This document shows positions 18,078-27,188 of a DNA stretch of 64,000 nucleotides, piece by piece. Where the stretch lies: the NCBI GenBank assembly GCA_965205015.1, contig OZ242029.1:160001-224000 (forward strand), given 5' to 3'. The first letter of the stretch is position 1; every line of letters starts with the position of its first letter. A program made the position numbers and the translations under genes. The DNA comes from Candidatus Poribacteria bacterium. Its GTDB lineage: Bacteria; Poribacteria; WGA-4E; WGA-3G. The notes beneath the pieces are model-generated. The model was not told the DNA's origin. It ran no database searches and was given only the letters and a program-made list of their open reading frames with translations.

Positions 18078-19437
18078 TCGAACCATCTTTGAAGGTGACA
18101 ATTTGTATGTGCTTCGCGGTCTTGACGCCGATACCATCGATCTGATCTATCTCGACCCGCCTTTCAACTCCAACCGAACCTTTGAAGCACCGACAGAGAG
18201 CGAGGCAGCAGGCGCAGCATTCAAAGATTCCTGGACACTCAACGATTTAGACAACGCGTGGCACGGTGAACTCGCAGAGAAAGCACCCGATCTTTATCAC
18301 GCCATCAGTACCGCTGAATTCACGCACGGGAAATCCATGAAAGCCTATCTGATTATGATGGGTATCAGGATGTTGGAGATGTATCGAATCCTGAAACCGA
18401 CAGGAACCCTCTATCTCCATTGCGATGACAACGCGAGTCACTACCTGAAAATGATGATGGACGGCATTTTCGGAAGAGACAATTTTAGGAACGAGATCGT
18501 TTGGCAAAGGGCTGTAACCAGCAAAGGGAATCTCAAAAAGGGCCTGGCGCGAGACGCTGATCTCATCCTCCGGTATTCAAAAAGCAACGATTTCGTCTGG
18601 AATCCTGACGCCGTCACAATCCCTTACGATATGGAGGATCTCGACGAAAAAACCAAACGTCAATATTATTACGTTGAACCCGGCACCGGACGATTCGTAG
18701 CGCATACCTCTATCACCGCTCAGACGCAGGACCCCGATTCTCACCTCACATACGAAGTCATGGGCGTTACCAGAACATGGCGGTGGGCGGAATCGCGGAT
18801 GCTCAAGGAAATCGAAGCCGGACGTGTTGTGCAGACACGTCCCGGAAATGTCCCCCGATACAAACGCTACCTTGATGAACAGAAAGGTAAAACGCTGAAC
18901 AACATCTGGGTAGATATCCCCAACCTAACAGCACGAAATAAAGAGCGGATTGGGTACCCCACACAGAAACCTATCGCCTTGTTAGAGCGAATTATCCGTG
19001 CGAGCAGCAATCCGGGAGACCTGGTACTCGATCCTTTCTGCGGGTGTGCTACCACATGTATTGCCGCAGAACGTCTACAACGGCATTGGATCGGTATCGA
19101 TTTAAGTTCCAAATCTTTCGAACTTGCCAAACTGCGGCTTGAACAGCACGGGATTATCAAGAAGGTTATCCACCGAAAGGGCACTCCTAAACTTGACCAG
19201 CAAGATCGAACCTGTAAACATACGCTATTTGGACTTCAGGAGGGTAGATGCAATGCCTGCCAAACGGTATCCCCATTTCGTGATATGAGAGTTGACCACA
19301 TTGTAGCCCTATCCAAAGGAGATGCCGATACGCTCGACAATCTTCAGTTGTTGTGTAGAGCGTGTAAATCGATGAAGCAGAATAGCACACAAGATCAACT
19401 GATTCAGACGTTGAAAACCGAAGGAATTTTGCTATGA
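18034..19437 (+). CDS. Beta-class amino-DNA methyltransferase fused to a C-terminal HNH domain
   Basis: IYLDPPFN (motif IV) precedes LDPFCGCATT (motif I); YPTQKP; CNAC...VDHIV...NLQLLCRAC. Confidence 0.85.
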   Translation: MHKSTLPNRKVKLKNRTIFEGDNLYVLRGLDADTIDLIYLDPPFNSNRTFEAPTESEAAGAAFKDSWTLNDLDNAWHGELAEKAPDLYHAISTAEFTHGKSMKAYLIMMGIRMLEMYRILKPTGTLYLHCDDNASHYLKMMMDGIFGRDNFRNEIVWQRAVTSKGNLKKGLARDADLILRYSKSNDFVWNPDAVTIPYDMEDLDEKTKRQYYYVEPGTGRFVAHTSITAQTQDPDSHLTYEVMGVTRTWRWAESRMLKEIEAGRVVQTRPGNVPRYKRYLDEQKGKTLNNIWVDIPNLTARNKERIGYPTQKPIALLERIIRASSNPGDLVLDPFCGCATTCIAAERLQRHWIGIDLSSKSFELAKLRLEQHGIIKKVIHRKGTPKLDQQDRTCKHTLFGLQEGRCNACQTVSPFRDMRVDHIVALSKGDADTLDNLQLLCRACKSMKQNSTQDQLIQTLKTEGILL

Positions 19438-20216
19438 AAAAATTTATGAAGTTTGATAAGACCGCGGCCAGGATGATAGCAGCCGTCGCGCTGATATTCT
19501 TCGCAACACATCTCACAGCAGTTGCAAAGCGCGATAAACAGTACGTCGCCAAACAAATCACGAACCTCAAAGTGGATGGCGATCTCAGCGAATGGAAACG
19601 CGCCGAAATCGTTGCTTTTGATGAATTGAAGGATGTCGGGGACGGTGCCCCCAAAGCCAGTGATTTTACGGGGCAGGATAGGGTCGCGTGGAGCGCACAA
19701 GACCCAACCCGCATCTATTTCGCTGTTGAAATTACCGACGATAAACTCCAAGATATTCATCCAGACAATACGAAGTGGTGGGAAGACGATAGCGTCGAAT
19801 TCATGTTTGATTTCGACAATGGAATGGTCCGAGAGAGCCTCGTGCAGTGGACACTCGGCGCAAATGGCAAGGATTTATCCGCTGCTGCATCTAAAGAAAA
19901 CACCGAATGGGTGCTCGTCAACAATGGAAATGATTACATCTATGAAGTCGCCATTGATCCAACAAAGCCGCGTGGTAACCCACAGTTTGCGAATCCCGCG
20001 AAAGGGAAAAATTTCAAAGCGAAAGATGGCTTACTTATCGGGCTTAGCTTCCACGCGAACGATTGTGAGGGTGGAGGACGCCAACATCAGATTGGATGGA
20101 CACCCGGCGGAGCATGGGATGGCCTCGCCTACGGCGACCTCATTTTCGACGATGAAGTATTAGCCGTCGCGCCCGCTGGTAAACTTGCTTTGACGTGGGG
20201 TGCGCTTAAACAGTAA
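19434..20216 (+). CDS. Secreted CBM9/DOMON-like sugar-binding protein with TWGxLK tag
   Basis: VDGDLSEW, IYFAVEITDD, WEDDSVE, YEVAI; ends LAVAPAGKLALTWGALK; ATGA overlap with the methyltransferase. Confidence 0.75.
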   Translation: MKKFMKFDKTAARMIAAVALIFFATHLTAVAKRDKQYVAKQITNLKVDGDLSEWKRAEIVAFDELKDVGDGAPKASDFTGQDRVAWSAQDPTRIYFAVEITDDKLQDIHPDNTKWWEDDSVEFMFDFDNGMVRESLVQWTLGANGKDLSAAASKENTEWVLVNNGNDYIYEVAIDPTKPRGNPQFANPAKGKNFKAKDGLLIGLSFHANDCEGGGRQHQIGWTPGGAWDGLAYGDLIFDDEVLAVAPAGKLALTWGALKQ

Positions 20217-20287
20217 ACCTGACGGCTCGACGCTGACAGCTGGGGAAATTCGCAGAAACACCCAAGCAAAAACACTGTCATTTAAAA

Positions 20288-22216
20288 ATGCCAAAATCTC
20301 ATGCGTCAGTTACATCTGGAATTACGCTTCGATCGCTCTTCATTGGCACACTCCTCGTTATCGGGAATGCCTACTGGCTTGCCTATGCGGCTGAGATGAT
20401 TCAGCCGCAATTCCTTCTTAATTTCGTCTCACTCTTCTTCAACGCCCTTTTCACACTTTTCGCCGTTATCGCTTTCAACCTCGTTTGGAAAAAACTTGCG
20501 CCGCGCAGCGCACTGACCCCACAGGAACTCCTCGTTATCTATATCATGGTCGTCATGGTATCCACCATCGGCGGTCATTCCATGATGACGTTCCTGATCG
20601 GGACACTCGCCCATCCGTTCCGGTTTGCTACCATTGAAAACGAATGGGCATCTCTCTTTTGGCGTTACATCCCGACATGGTTTGTGCCTGAGGACTACGC
20701 ACTCGATGCCTACTTTAAGGGTGGCTTGAGTTTTTACCTCCCGAAGCATCTACGCGGCTGGATGGTACCGATTCTTGTCTGGACAGGATTTGTCGCACTC
20801 CTCTGGTTTACACTGATATGCCTCAATAGCATCATCCGCGTTCAATGGACGGAGCGTGAAAAGTTGGCATATCCGATTATCCAATTACCGCTCCAGATGG
20901 CGCAAGGACGGAAAAGTTTTTACAGAAACACCACGATGTGGGTCGGTTTTTCGGTCGCCGCGTTTATTGAACTCCTCGCGGGATTAAGCCATCTATTCCC
21001 TCAAATCCCCGCTATTCAACTGAGTTCCTATTCTATCACGCATCTGTTCACGGACAAACCGTGGAACGCTGTCGGGTGGGTCCCTCTATCTATCTACCCG
21101 TTTATCATAGGACTCACATTTTTTGTCCCGTTGGACATCTCGATGTCGGCGTGGTTTTTCTACCTGTTTGGTAAAGCGGAACGGGTGATTCGCACGGGGA
21201 TGTTAGGTGAAGGTGAACTCTATTTCGCAGAGCGAGCAGGTGGGGCATGGCTCGCCGTCGGAATCTTGGCACTGTGGGGAACCCGGCGACATCTCCGTGA
21301 TGTCATCCTGAATTGCTTGACGACCAAAAAAGCGTATGATGATTCAAATGAACCGATGCCCTACCGTGTCGCTGTCCTCGGATTAATCTTCGGAGGTATC
21401 GGACTCACGCTATTTTCGGTAAAAGCGGGTATGTCCTTAGGCGGTGTCCTTGGCTTTATCGTCATTTTCATCCTGATGGCACTCGGCGTTACACGCGTGC
21501 GTGCCGAATTTGGACCCCCCTCCCACGAGATTCTCGCCCTCGATCCCGCACGATTGATGGTCGTCACCTTTGGCGCACGCTTCGTCGGGACTGGTAATCT
21601 CACAATCATATCCTTCTACTACTGGCTCAACCGACTTAATGTTTCGCATCCGATGCCAAACCAATTAGAAGGCTTCAAACTCGCAGAACGAGCAGGCATA
21701 AACAGTCGAAGACTGGTCTGGGTGATGATGTTCGCGATTGTTGTCGGGACACTCGCATCGTTTTGGGCGTTCCTCTATCTCCTTTATGAGACCGGAGCAT
21801 TCGCTGTACACGGCTACATCCTGGGTATTGGGGAGGAGGTCTTCGGGAGACGTTTAGAACGGTGGCTCAACAATCCTACCGGTCCGAATTGGGATGGCAC
21901 ACAATCCATGGGCATCGGCGCAGGGATGACATGGATCCTCTATTTCCTGCGGCATAAATTTATCTGGTGGCCCTTCCATCCGATCGGATACGTGATGACG
22001 GCTGCCACCTGGGGCGGTCTCGCCGATTTCTGGTTCTCCGTCTATATCGGCTGGATGATAAAGGTTATCATTGTCTCAATCTTCGGTCTACGCGCACATC
22101 AACGCGCAATCCCATTCTTTCTGGGATTGGTCATGGGCGATTATGTATTCGTAGGGGGCTGGGCACTCATCGGCACACTGTTCGATATGCCGACATACGT
22201 CCTCTGGTCACCTTAG
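20288..22216 (+). CDS. Multi-pass membrane protein, DUF6785/DUF6784 (OPT-like putative transporter)
   Basis: Many TM segments; QWTEREKLAYPI, RVRAEFG, WWPFHPIGY, PFFLGLVMG. Confidence 0.7.
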   Translation: MPKSHASVTSGITLRSLFIGTLLVIGNAYWLAYAAEMIQPQFLLNFVSLFFNALFTLFAVIAFNLVWKKLAPRSALTPQELLVIYIMVVMVSTIGGHSMMTFLIGTLAHPFRFATIENEWASLFWRYIPTWFVPEDYALDAYFKGGLSFYLPKHLRGWMVPILVWTGFVALLWFTLICLNSIIRVQWTEREKLAYPIIQLPLQMAQGRKSFYRNTTMWVGFSVAAFIELLAGLSHLFPQIPAIQLSSYSITHLFTDKPWNAVGWVPLSIYPFIIGLTFFVPLDISMSAWFFYLFGKAERVIRTGMLGEGELYFAERAGGAWLAVGILALWGTRRHLRDVILNCLTTKKAYDDSNEPMPYRVAVLGLIFGGIGLTLFSVKAGMSLGGVLGFIVIFILMALGVTRVRAEFGPPSHEILALDPARLMVVTFGARFVGTGNLTIISFYYWLNRLNVSHPMPNQLEGFKLAERAGINSRRLVWVMMFAIVVGTLASFWAFLYLLYETGAFAVHGYILGIGEEVFGRRLERWLNNPTGPNWDGTQSMGIGAGMTWILYFLRHKFIWWPFHPIGYVMTAATWGGLADFWFSVYIGWMIKVIIVSIFGLRAHQRAIPFFLGLVMGDYVFVGGWALIGTLFDMPTYVLWSP

Positions 22217-22313
22217 CAATTGGCATATCAGGATAGAAGGGATATAGGTTCTTGAAAAAAGAAAGGAAAACAGGTAGGGATTGCGGAGTACCTTCTTCGG
22301 ATAGGATTCATAG

Positions 22314-22739
22314 TTAGTGAAGTGGAATATAACTGCTTAGAAACTCTACCGCTTTGACAATAGGAATCCCTTGATATGAACCAAGTGAAAGCAGATGTTG
22401 ATCACCGCTGATAATCATATCAGCTGCCGCCTCTATGGCACAGGCAATAATAATGTTATCATCGGGATCATCAAGGACGGCATTAACAGTAATTGTTCCC
22501 GGAACTAAAACTGCAAAGGTCTTGAGGACCTCAAGATACTCAGCAATATCGGCATCTGATAGGTTGTATTTTTGTTGAATACGTGGACGATGTACAACTG
22601 TCTCAAACTCTTCTAATATGACAGGAGATATTGCGAGTTCAATCAGACCGACACGCCAGAGTTTCATGATTTGAGCTGGATGCCCATTAGGTCGGATAAT
22701 TGCACTAATATGCTGGTTTGTATCCAGTACAACACGCAT
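22314..22739 (-). CDS. PIN-domain toxin (PIN_3 type)
   Basis: MRVVLDTN, DPDDN, ISGDQHLL. Confidence 0.9.
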   Translation of the reverse strand: MRVVLDTNQHISAIIRPNGHPAQIMKLWRVGLIELAISPVILEEFETVVHRPRIQQKYNLSDADIAEYLEVLKTFAVLVPGTITVNAVLDDPDDNIIIACAIEAAADMIISGDQHLLSLGSYQGIPIVKAVEFLSSYIPLH

Positions 22740-23038
22740 TAAGAAGACAACTTATTCCTTTTTGATGTTTTCTCGGCGCGTGCCTCAATAATTGCCTGTT
22801 CAATATCGTCCTGTGCTTCTTCTTCACTCACGCCTGGCACTTTTTCCCATATTCTGTCCAATACCGAAAAGGCTTGTTCTCGCTGTTGAAGCATTTTTTC
22901 ATAAGCCTCAATTGGAACAATCGCGGCAAGCGGTGTGTTGGCGCGTTTGACTATCAGCCGATCCCCGTTTCGGTAGACTCCATCGAGCAATTCACCAAGC
23001 TTCTGATGTAACTCCGTTGTTGAAATTTCTTTCCTCAT
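22739..23038 (-). CDS. Phd/YefM-family antitoxin
   Basis: ISTTELHQKLGELLD...IVKR...AAIVP; TAATG coupling to the PIN gene. Confidence 0.85.
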   Translation of the reverse strand: MRKEISTTELHQKLGELLDGVYRNGDRLIVKRANTPLAAIVPIEAYEKMLQQREQAFSVLDRIWEKVPGVSEEEAQDDIEQAIIEARAEKTSKRNKLSS

Positions 23039-23138
23039 TGTTTTCTCCGATTCGTGTTTTTAGTGTACAAGATGTGAAGCATGATACCAAAGGATACCAT
23101 AAATCCTGCGAAAAATCAAAGATTCCTGACTCGCCAAT

Positions 23139-23167
23139 TTGACATCTGACTGAGAATCTGATATACT
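23139..23167 (+). promoter_or_regulatory. Sigma70-like promoter
   Basis: TTGACA-N17-TATACT. Confidence 0.65.
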
Positions 23168-23200
23168 CTGCACCATTCAATTCACAGGAGCTATATCTGA

Positions 23201-24037
23201 ATGTACAACTTAACTGGAAAAGTCGCCTTAGTGACAGGTGCAGGCGGCAAAAACGGTATCGGACGCGCCATTGCGACCCGTTTAGCAAAAGAGGGTGCCG
23301 ATGTCGCTGTTAACGACATGACCGAACATCCCTACGCCGCAGATCAACCGGATTGGCAGGGTCTACCCGCTGTTGTTCGTGAAATTGAAGCGATGGGACA
23401 ACGTGCTATCAGCGTCGTCGCGGACGTTACGGACGCAGAACAGGTGAAAGGGATGGTGGACCAGACCGTCGCACACTTCGGCAAAATCGACATTCTCGTC
23501 AACAATGCCGGGACGATCGCTGGCAAGGATCGTGTGCCTGTCGTTGATCTCGCCGAAGAGGATTGGGACAGAGTACAACGTGTCAATGTGAAAGGCGTAT
23601 TCCTCTGTTCACAAGCGGTAGCACGTCATCTCATCGCACAGGGAACCGGAGGCAAAATTATCAATATGTCTTCTGTCACCGGGAAACGGGGGTCGGCACG
23701 CTTCGCCGCGTATAGTGCCTCGAAATTCGCTGTGATCGGTTTCACACAATCCCTCGCGTGTGAACTCGCACCCTATCAGGTCAACGTCAATGCTATTTGC
23801 CCTGGGCTTGTGGACACAGAACGATTTGGGCATCTCGCCTCTGTGCTAATGCCCGAGAATCTTTCTCCTGATGAACAACTCTCGGAATACACACGCCGCT
23901 CTAAGGCAGCCGTACCCATCGGGCGACTCGCCGAGGGAGCAGATGTTGCCAAGATGGCAGCATTTCTCGCCTCAGACGAAGCCGCCTACCTATCAGGGGT
24001 TTCCATCACCGTCTCAGGCGGTACAGTAATGGACTAA
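23201..24037 (+). CDS. SDR family oxidoreductase
   Basis: TGAGGKNGIG, NNAG, YSASK. Confidence 0.9.
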   Translation: MYNLTGKVALVTGAGGKNGIGRAIATRLAKEGADVAVNDMTEHPYAADQPDWQGLPAVVREIEAMGQRAISVVADVTDAEQVKGMVDQTVAHFGKIDILVNNAGTIAGKDRVPVVDLAEEDWDRVQRVNVKGVFLCSQAVARHLIAQGTGGKIINMSSVTGKRGSARFAAYSASKFAVIGFTQSLACELAPYQVNVNAICPGLVDTERFGHLASVLMPENLSPDEQLSEYTRRSKAAVPIGRLAEGADVAKMAAFLASDEAAYLSGVSITVSGGTVMD

Positions 24038-24040
24038 GCA

Positions 24041-24886
24041 CTAACGCAAGATGCGTTGATCGCTCAGGTCCTTTCCGCCAACGGTTTTGACGATAGAAGC
24101 GCCACGCCACTCCTTGACCTCCAATTCGTGGAAGGCGTTGACAATGTTGTACTGCGTCGGGAGGTCTTCCCAGCGCGCTTTGTGGAATTCGACGGTCCCT
24201 TCACCGCGCCACTGCTCCTGCACGACTCGGTTCGGCGTCCGTGATGGCGTTAGAACGGCATACGCAATATCAGCAGTGCCCCATACCCCCGTCCTCGGCA
24301 TGTATTTGTAATGCAGTGTGCCCGTGAGCGGTTGGTCATCACTCGCCGGGGGCGGAGGGGACGCTGGTGGTATCGGGACCTGTTCTGTCGCTTGCACACG
24401 CATGTCCATGAACTTAAAACCGAGCCAACTGGCGGTGCAGTGCGTCTCACCGTTAAAAGTTATCGGATCTGGAAGCGCGCAATAGATTTTAGAGAAACCC
24501 AATTCCTCACGTCCTGTCAAAATCGGATCCGTCAGGTTTTCCCAGAGCACCGTCAACAGAGAACCCGTCGCCCTGTCCACTTCGCCTTCGTAAACCACTG
24601 GAAAACTAACGCCGAGCGTATTGTAACCCCGTCCTGCGAGCCATTCAATTTCCTTCATATAGCCCCCAGACACAGACACAACGGGGTCGCCGTTGAGTGA
24701 GAAGCCCGGTGGTAGAAAAGCCTCAAGTTGCTCGCTATTTGTCAGGAAACTCACCGAAACTGACGTTGATTTTGGGTTATCTTTACACTCGAATTTTCTC
24801 CCATCGGGTCCGTACCTCGGGCCCGTCCTCGGTCCAAAATGTGTCGGCATCCGATACATTGCGTTCGGATCTAATTTATATCCCAT
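24041..24886 (-). CDS. Acetoacetate decarboxylase-like family protein
   Basis: YRMPTHFGP, WLAGRGYN, GREELGFSK; GGAGG SD before ATG 24886. Confidence 0.8.
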   Translation of the reverse strand: MGYKLDPNAMYRMPTHFGPRTGPRYGPDGRKFECKDNPKSTSVSVSFLTNSEQLEAFLPPGFSLNGDPVVSVSGGYMKEIEWLAGRGYNTLGVSFPVVYEGEVDRATGSLLTVLWENLTDPILTGREELGFSKIYCALPDPITFNGETHCTASWLGFKFMDMRVQATEQVPIPPASPPPPASDDQPLTGTLHYKYMPRTGVWGTADIAYAVLTPSRTPNRVVQEQWRGEGTVEFHKARWEDLPTQYNIVNAFHELEVKEWRGASIVKTVGGKDLSDQRILR

Positions 24887-24920
24887 CTCATTCCCTCCGT
24901 GTTTTGGGTAGTATCTTTCT

Positions 24921-24948
24921 ATTATATCAATATGGAGCGGAATGTCAA
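24921..24948 (-). promoter_or_regulatory. Sigma70-like promoter
   Basis: Minus strand TTGACA-N16-TATAAT. Confidence 0.6.
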
Positions 24949-24982
24949 GCACGAATCACAGTTTTTGAAGCGTAAGGCTTGA

Positions 24983-25011
24983 TTGACTTCAGCACAAAAA
25001 TGTAATATAAT
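24983..25011 (+). promoter_or_regulatory. Orphan sigma70-like promoter
   Basis: TTGACT-N17-TATAAT with no credible plus-strand gene for about 2 kb. Confidence 0.55.
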
Positions 25012-25113
25012 ACTTCCAGTACCCTACTGAAAGAATAATCTCATTCTGTAAGAGCAACCTCCTGGTTGCGATTCCACCAAATAGTAGATGCTGTTTCCAA
25101 CCGCATCCATCTA

Positions 25114-25602
25114 CTATATCTCGTCTGCTTCTCCTAATGCATAAACAATAAGCGATTCATCCAGATACATTCCTTTTCCTTGCAAGGTAATTAAAAGAGG
25201 CTTGATTTCGCCAATCAAGCCTTCTTTTTTTGCCTTCAGCAAAATGCCTACTGTGCCTATGAATGGTAATCCGATTTTTAAAACTTCCTGTCGAGCCTTC
25301 TTCTCATCAATAATAATGAGACGTGTCTCGTGTTCATTTGCGAGTGCTAATACAGCGGCTTCGCCAGAATCAAGTCTGTCGTAAACCGATGCTTTTTCGG
25401 AATCTGCCAAATCGACGGTTTTGATCCACGGTGCATTGTTGAGTGCCTCTTGACGAGATCTCTTTTCGGTTCCAAGAAACTCCTTTTCAACCTCTTGTGG
25501 AATCCACACTTCTGTATAGAGATCTCGCAATAGGGAAAGGCGATCCAAGTGCCAAAGGGCAACAAGTGGACTGTTATTACTGATGACTGGATTTTCGGGC
25601 AT
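25114..25602 (-). CDS. DUF3368 PIN-like toxin
   Basis: VISNNSPLVAL, IPQEV, LDSGEAAVLAL, IIDEKKAR, GTVGIL. Confidence 0.85.
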   Translation of the reverse strand: MPENPVISNNSPLVALWHLDRLSLLRDLYTEVWIPQEVEKEFLGTEKRSRQEALNNAPWIKTVDLADSEKASVYDRLDSGEAAVLALANEHETRLIIIDEKKARQEVLKIGLPFIGTVGILLKAKKEGLIGEIKPLLITLQGKGMYLDESLIVYALGEADEI

Positions 25603-27025
25603 TCTCAAGCTCCGTTCGAAGATCTTCAGCTGTGCCAAAAGGAGAAAGCCCGTAATCCCCCATCAGATACATAAACTCTTCGCGCGACACGCCCGCGAGA
25701 CGGGCAGCGAGACCACTACTTAACTCTTCGTTTTCGTAATACTTCATCGCTAACGCGATACGCGTTTCTTTATCAATTTCAAGGGACCCTTGCCGTGGAG
25801 TTAACAGTTCTACAATGTCTTCTGGTACCCTGACACCTATTTTCTCTTCAAAAGTAAGTATACTGTCGTATGTATTATGAAACGCGTCGGCGATATCCAT
25901 ACCTTGAAGCATGGCAGCAGTCAAATCCCGTTGTGCTTCCTCCCATTTTCCGATGTGTAACCATGCCTCACCACGTGTATAGTAGGATCCAGCAACCTTT
26001 GGCTTCAGGACTATTGCTTGGCTATAATCAGCAATCGCTTTTTGTATTTCACCTTTGTAGCGATAGGCGTTACCCCGATGACTATACGCCTCTGTATAGT
26101 CCGAGTTCAACTCTATCACCGTAGTAAAATCTTTGATTGCTTGGTTAAAATCGTGTTTTATAAGACAAGCACCGCCGCGATTGTAATAAGCATCAACATG
26201 GTCAGGTTTAAGTTTTATCGATTTGTTAAAGTCTTTAATGGCAAGGTCAGTTTTGCCTTTGATGCCGTAGGCAGCACCGCGATTATAATATGCTTCGGCG
26301 TAACCAGGCTTGTGTTTAATTGCTGTGTTATAGTCTTCAATTGCTCGGTCCAGATCACCCTTTAAGTTGTAAGCAAGCCCACGATTATTGTAAACTACAA
26401 AATAATCTGGATTTAACTCTATCGCCCTGTTATAGTCGTTGATTGCAAAATCATATTTTCCTTTGTTGTGGTACGCTACACCACGATTGACATAGGCACT
26501 GGAATAATTTGGATCCAGTTGTATTGCCGTGCTGTAATCCTCAATTGCTATGTCAATCTCATTTTTGGAGTGAACAAGTCCACGATTGTTATAGGCACTA
26601 GCACTGCGTGGATCCAGGGCAATTGCTTTTGTGAAATCTTCAATTGCCTTATCACATTCATCCTGACTACCGTAAGCAGCACCACGGTTATTATAGATAG
26701 TAGCACAGCGCGAATCATGCGGAGTTTCTGAAACCAGAGTCAGTTTAATCGCTTCGTTATAGTCTTCAATTGCTTTTTCATGTTCACCTTTAAGGTAATA
26801 AGTGATTCCACGATTGCAATAGGAGCCCGCATAGCACGGACCCTTCTCTATCGCTTTGTTGAATTCGTCAATAGCAAGATTGTACTCACCCTTTTGGGCG
26901 TGAGCAATGCCTCTGGTATTGAGGATTTCAACTATGTCCCTTTTGGCGGATAGCGTATTGTCGGCATAAGCAAAACTGGAGTTGTAATATACAAGAGTAG
27001 GTTCTTGACTCAGTTGTTGCACCAC
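25577..27025 (-). CDS. TPR-repeat protein fused to a C-terminal UPF0175 antitoxin-like domain
   Basis: About 10 YxNRG...AIxDY TPRs; C-terminal ALAMKYYENEELSSGLAARLAGVSREEF; GGAGG SD with GTG start. Confidence 0.8.
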   Translation of the reverse strand: MVQQLSQEPTLVYYNSSFAYADNTLSAKRDIVEILNTRGIAHAQKGEYNLAIDEFNKAIEKGPCYAGSYCNRGITYYLKGEHEKAIEDYNEAIKLTLVSETPHDSRCATIYNNRGAAYGSQDECDKAIEDFTKAIALDPRSASAYNNRGLVHSKNEIDIAIEDYSTAIQLDPNYSSAYVNRGVAYHNKGKYDFAINDYNRAIELNPDYFVVYNNRGLAYNLKGDLDRAIEDYNTAIKHKPGYAEAYYNRGAAYGIKGKTDLAIKDFNKSIKLKPDHVDAYYNRGGACLIKHDFNQAIKDFTTVIELNSDYTEAYSHRGNAYRYKGEIQKAIADYSQAIVLKPKVAGSYYTRGEAWLHIGKWEEAQRDLTAAMLQGMDIADAFHNTYDSILTFEEKIGVRVPEDIVELLTPRQGSLEIDKETRIALAMKYYENEELSSGLAARLAGVSREEFMYLMGDYGLSPFGTAEDLRTELENARKSSHQ

Positions 27026-27188
27026 TTTTTACCTCCACAATGCGGGTTACTTGAGGGTAATGATAACATACTCAGAGAGTAGTGTCAAATGAAAAGCCGA
27101 AAATGAGATAATCCGAATGGTTTTCAAACCTCTTGAATTAAACACTCCGTTATGGTATCATGCGACAAATCTTGAACGGAGCCAGACG

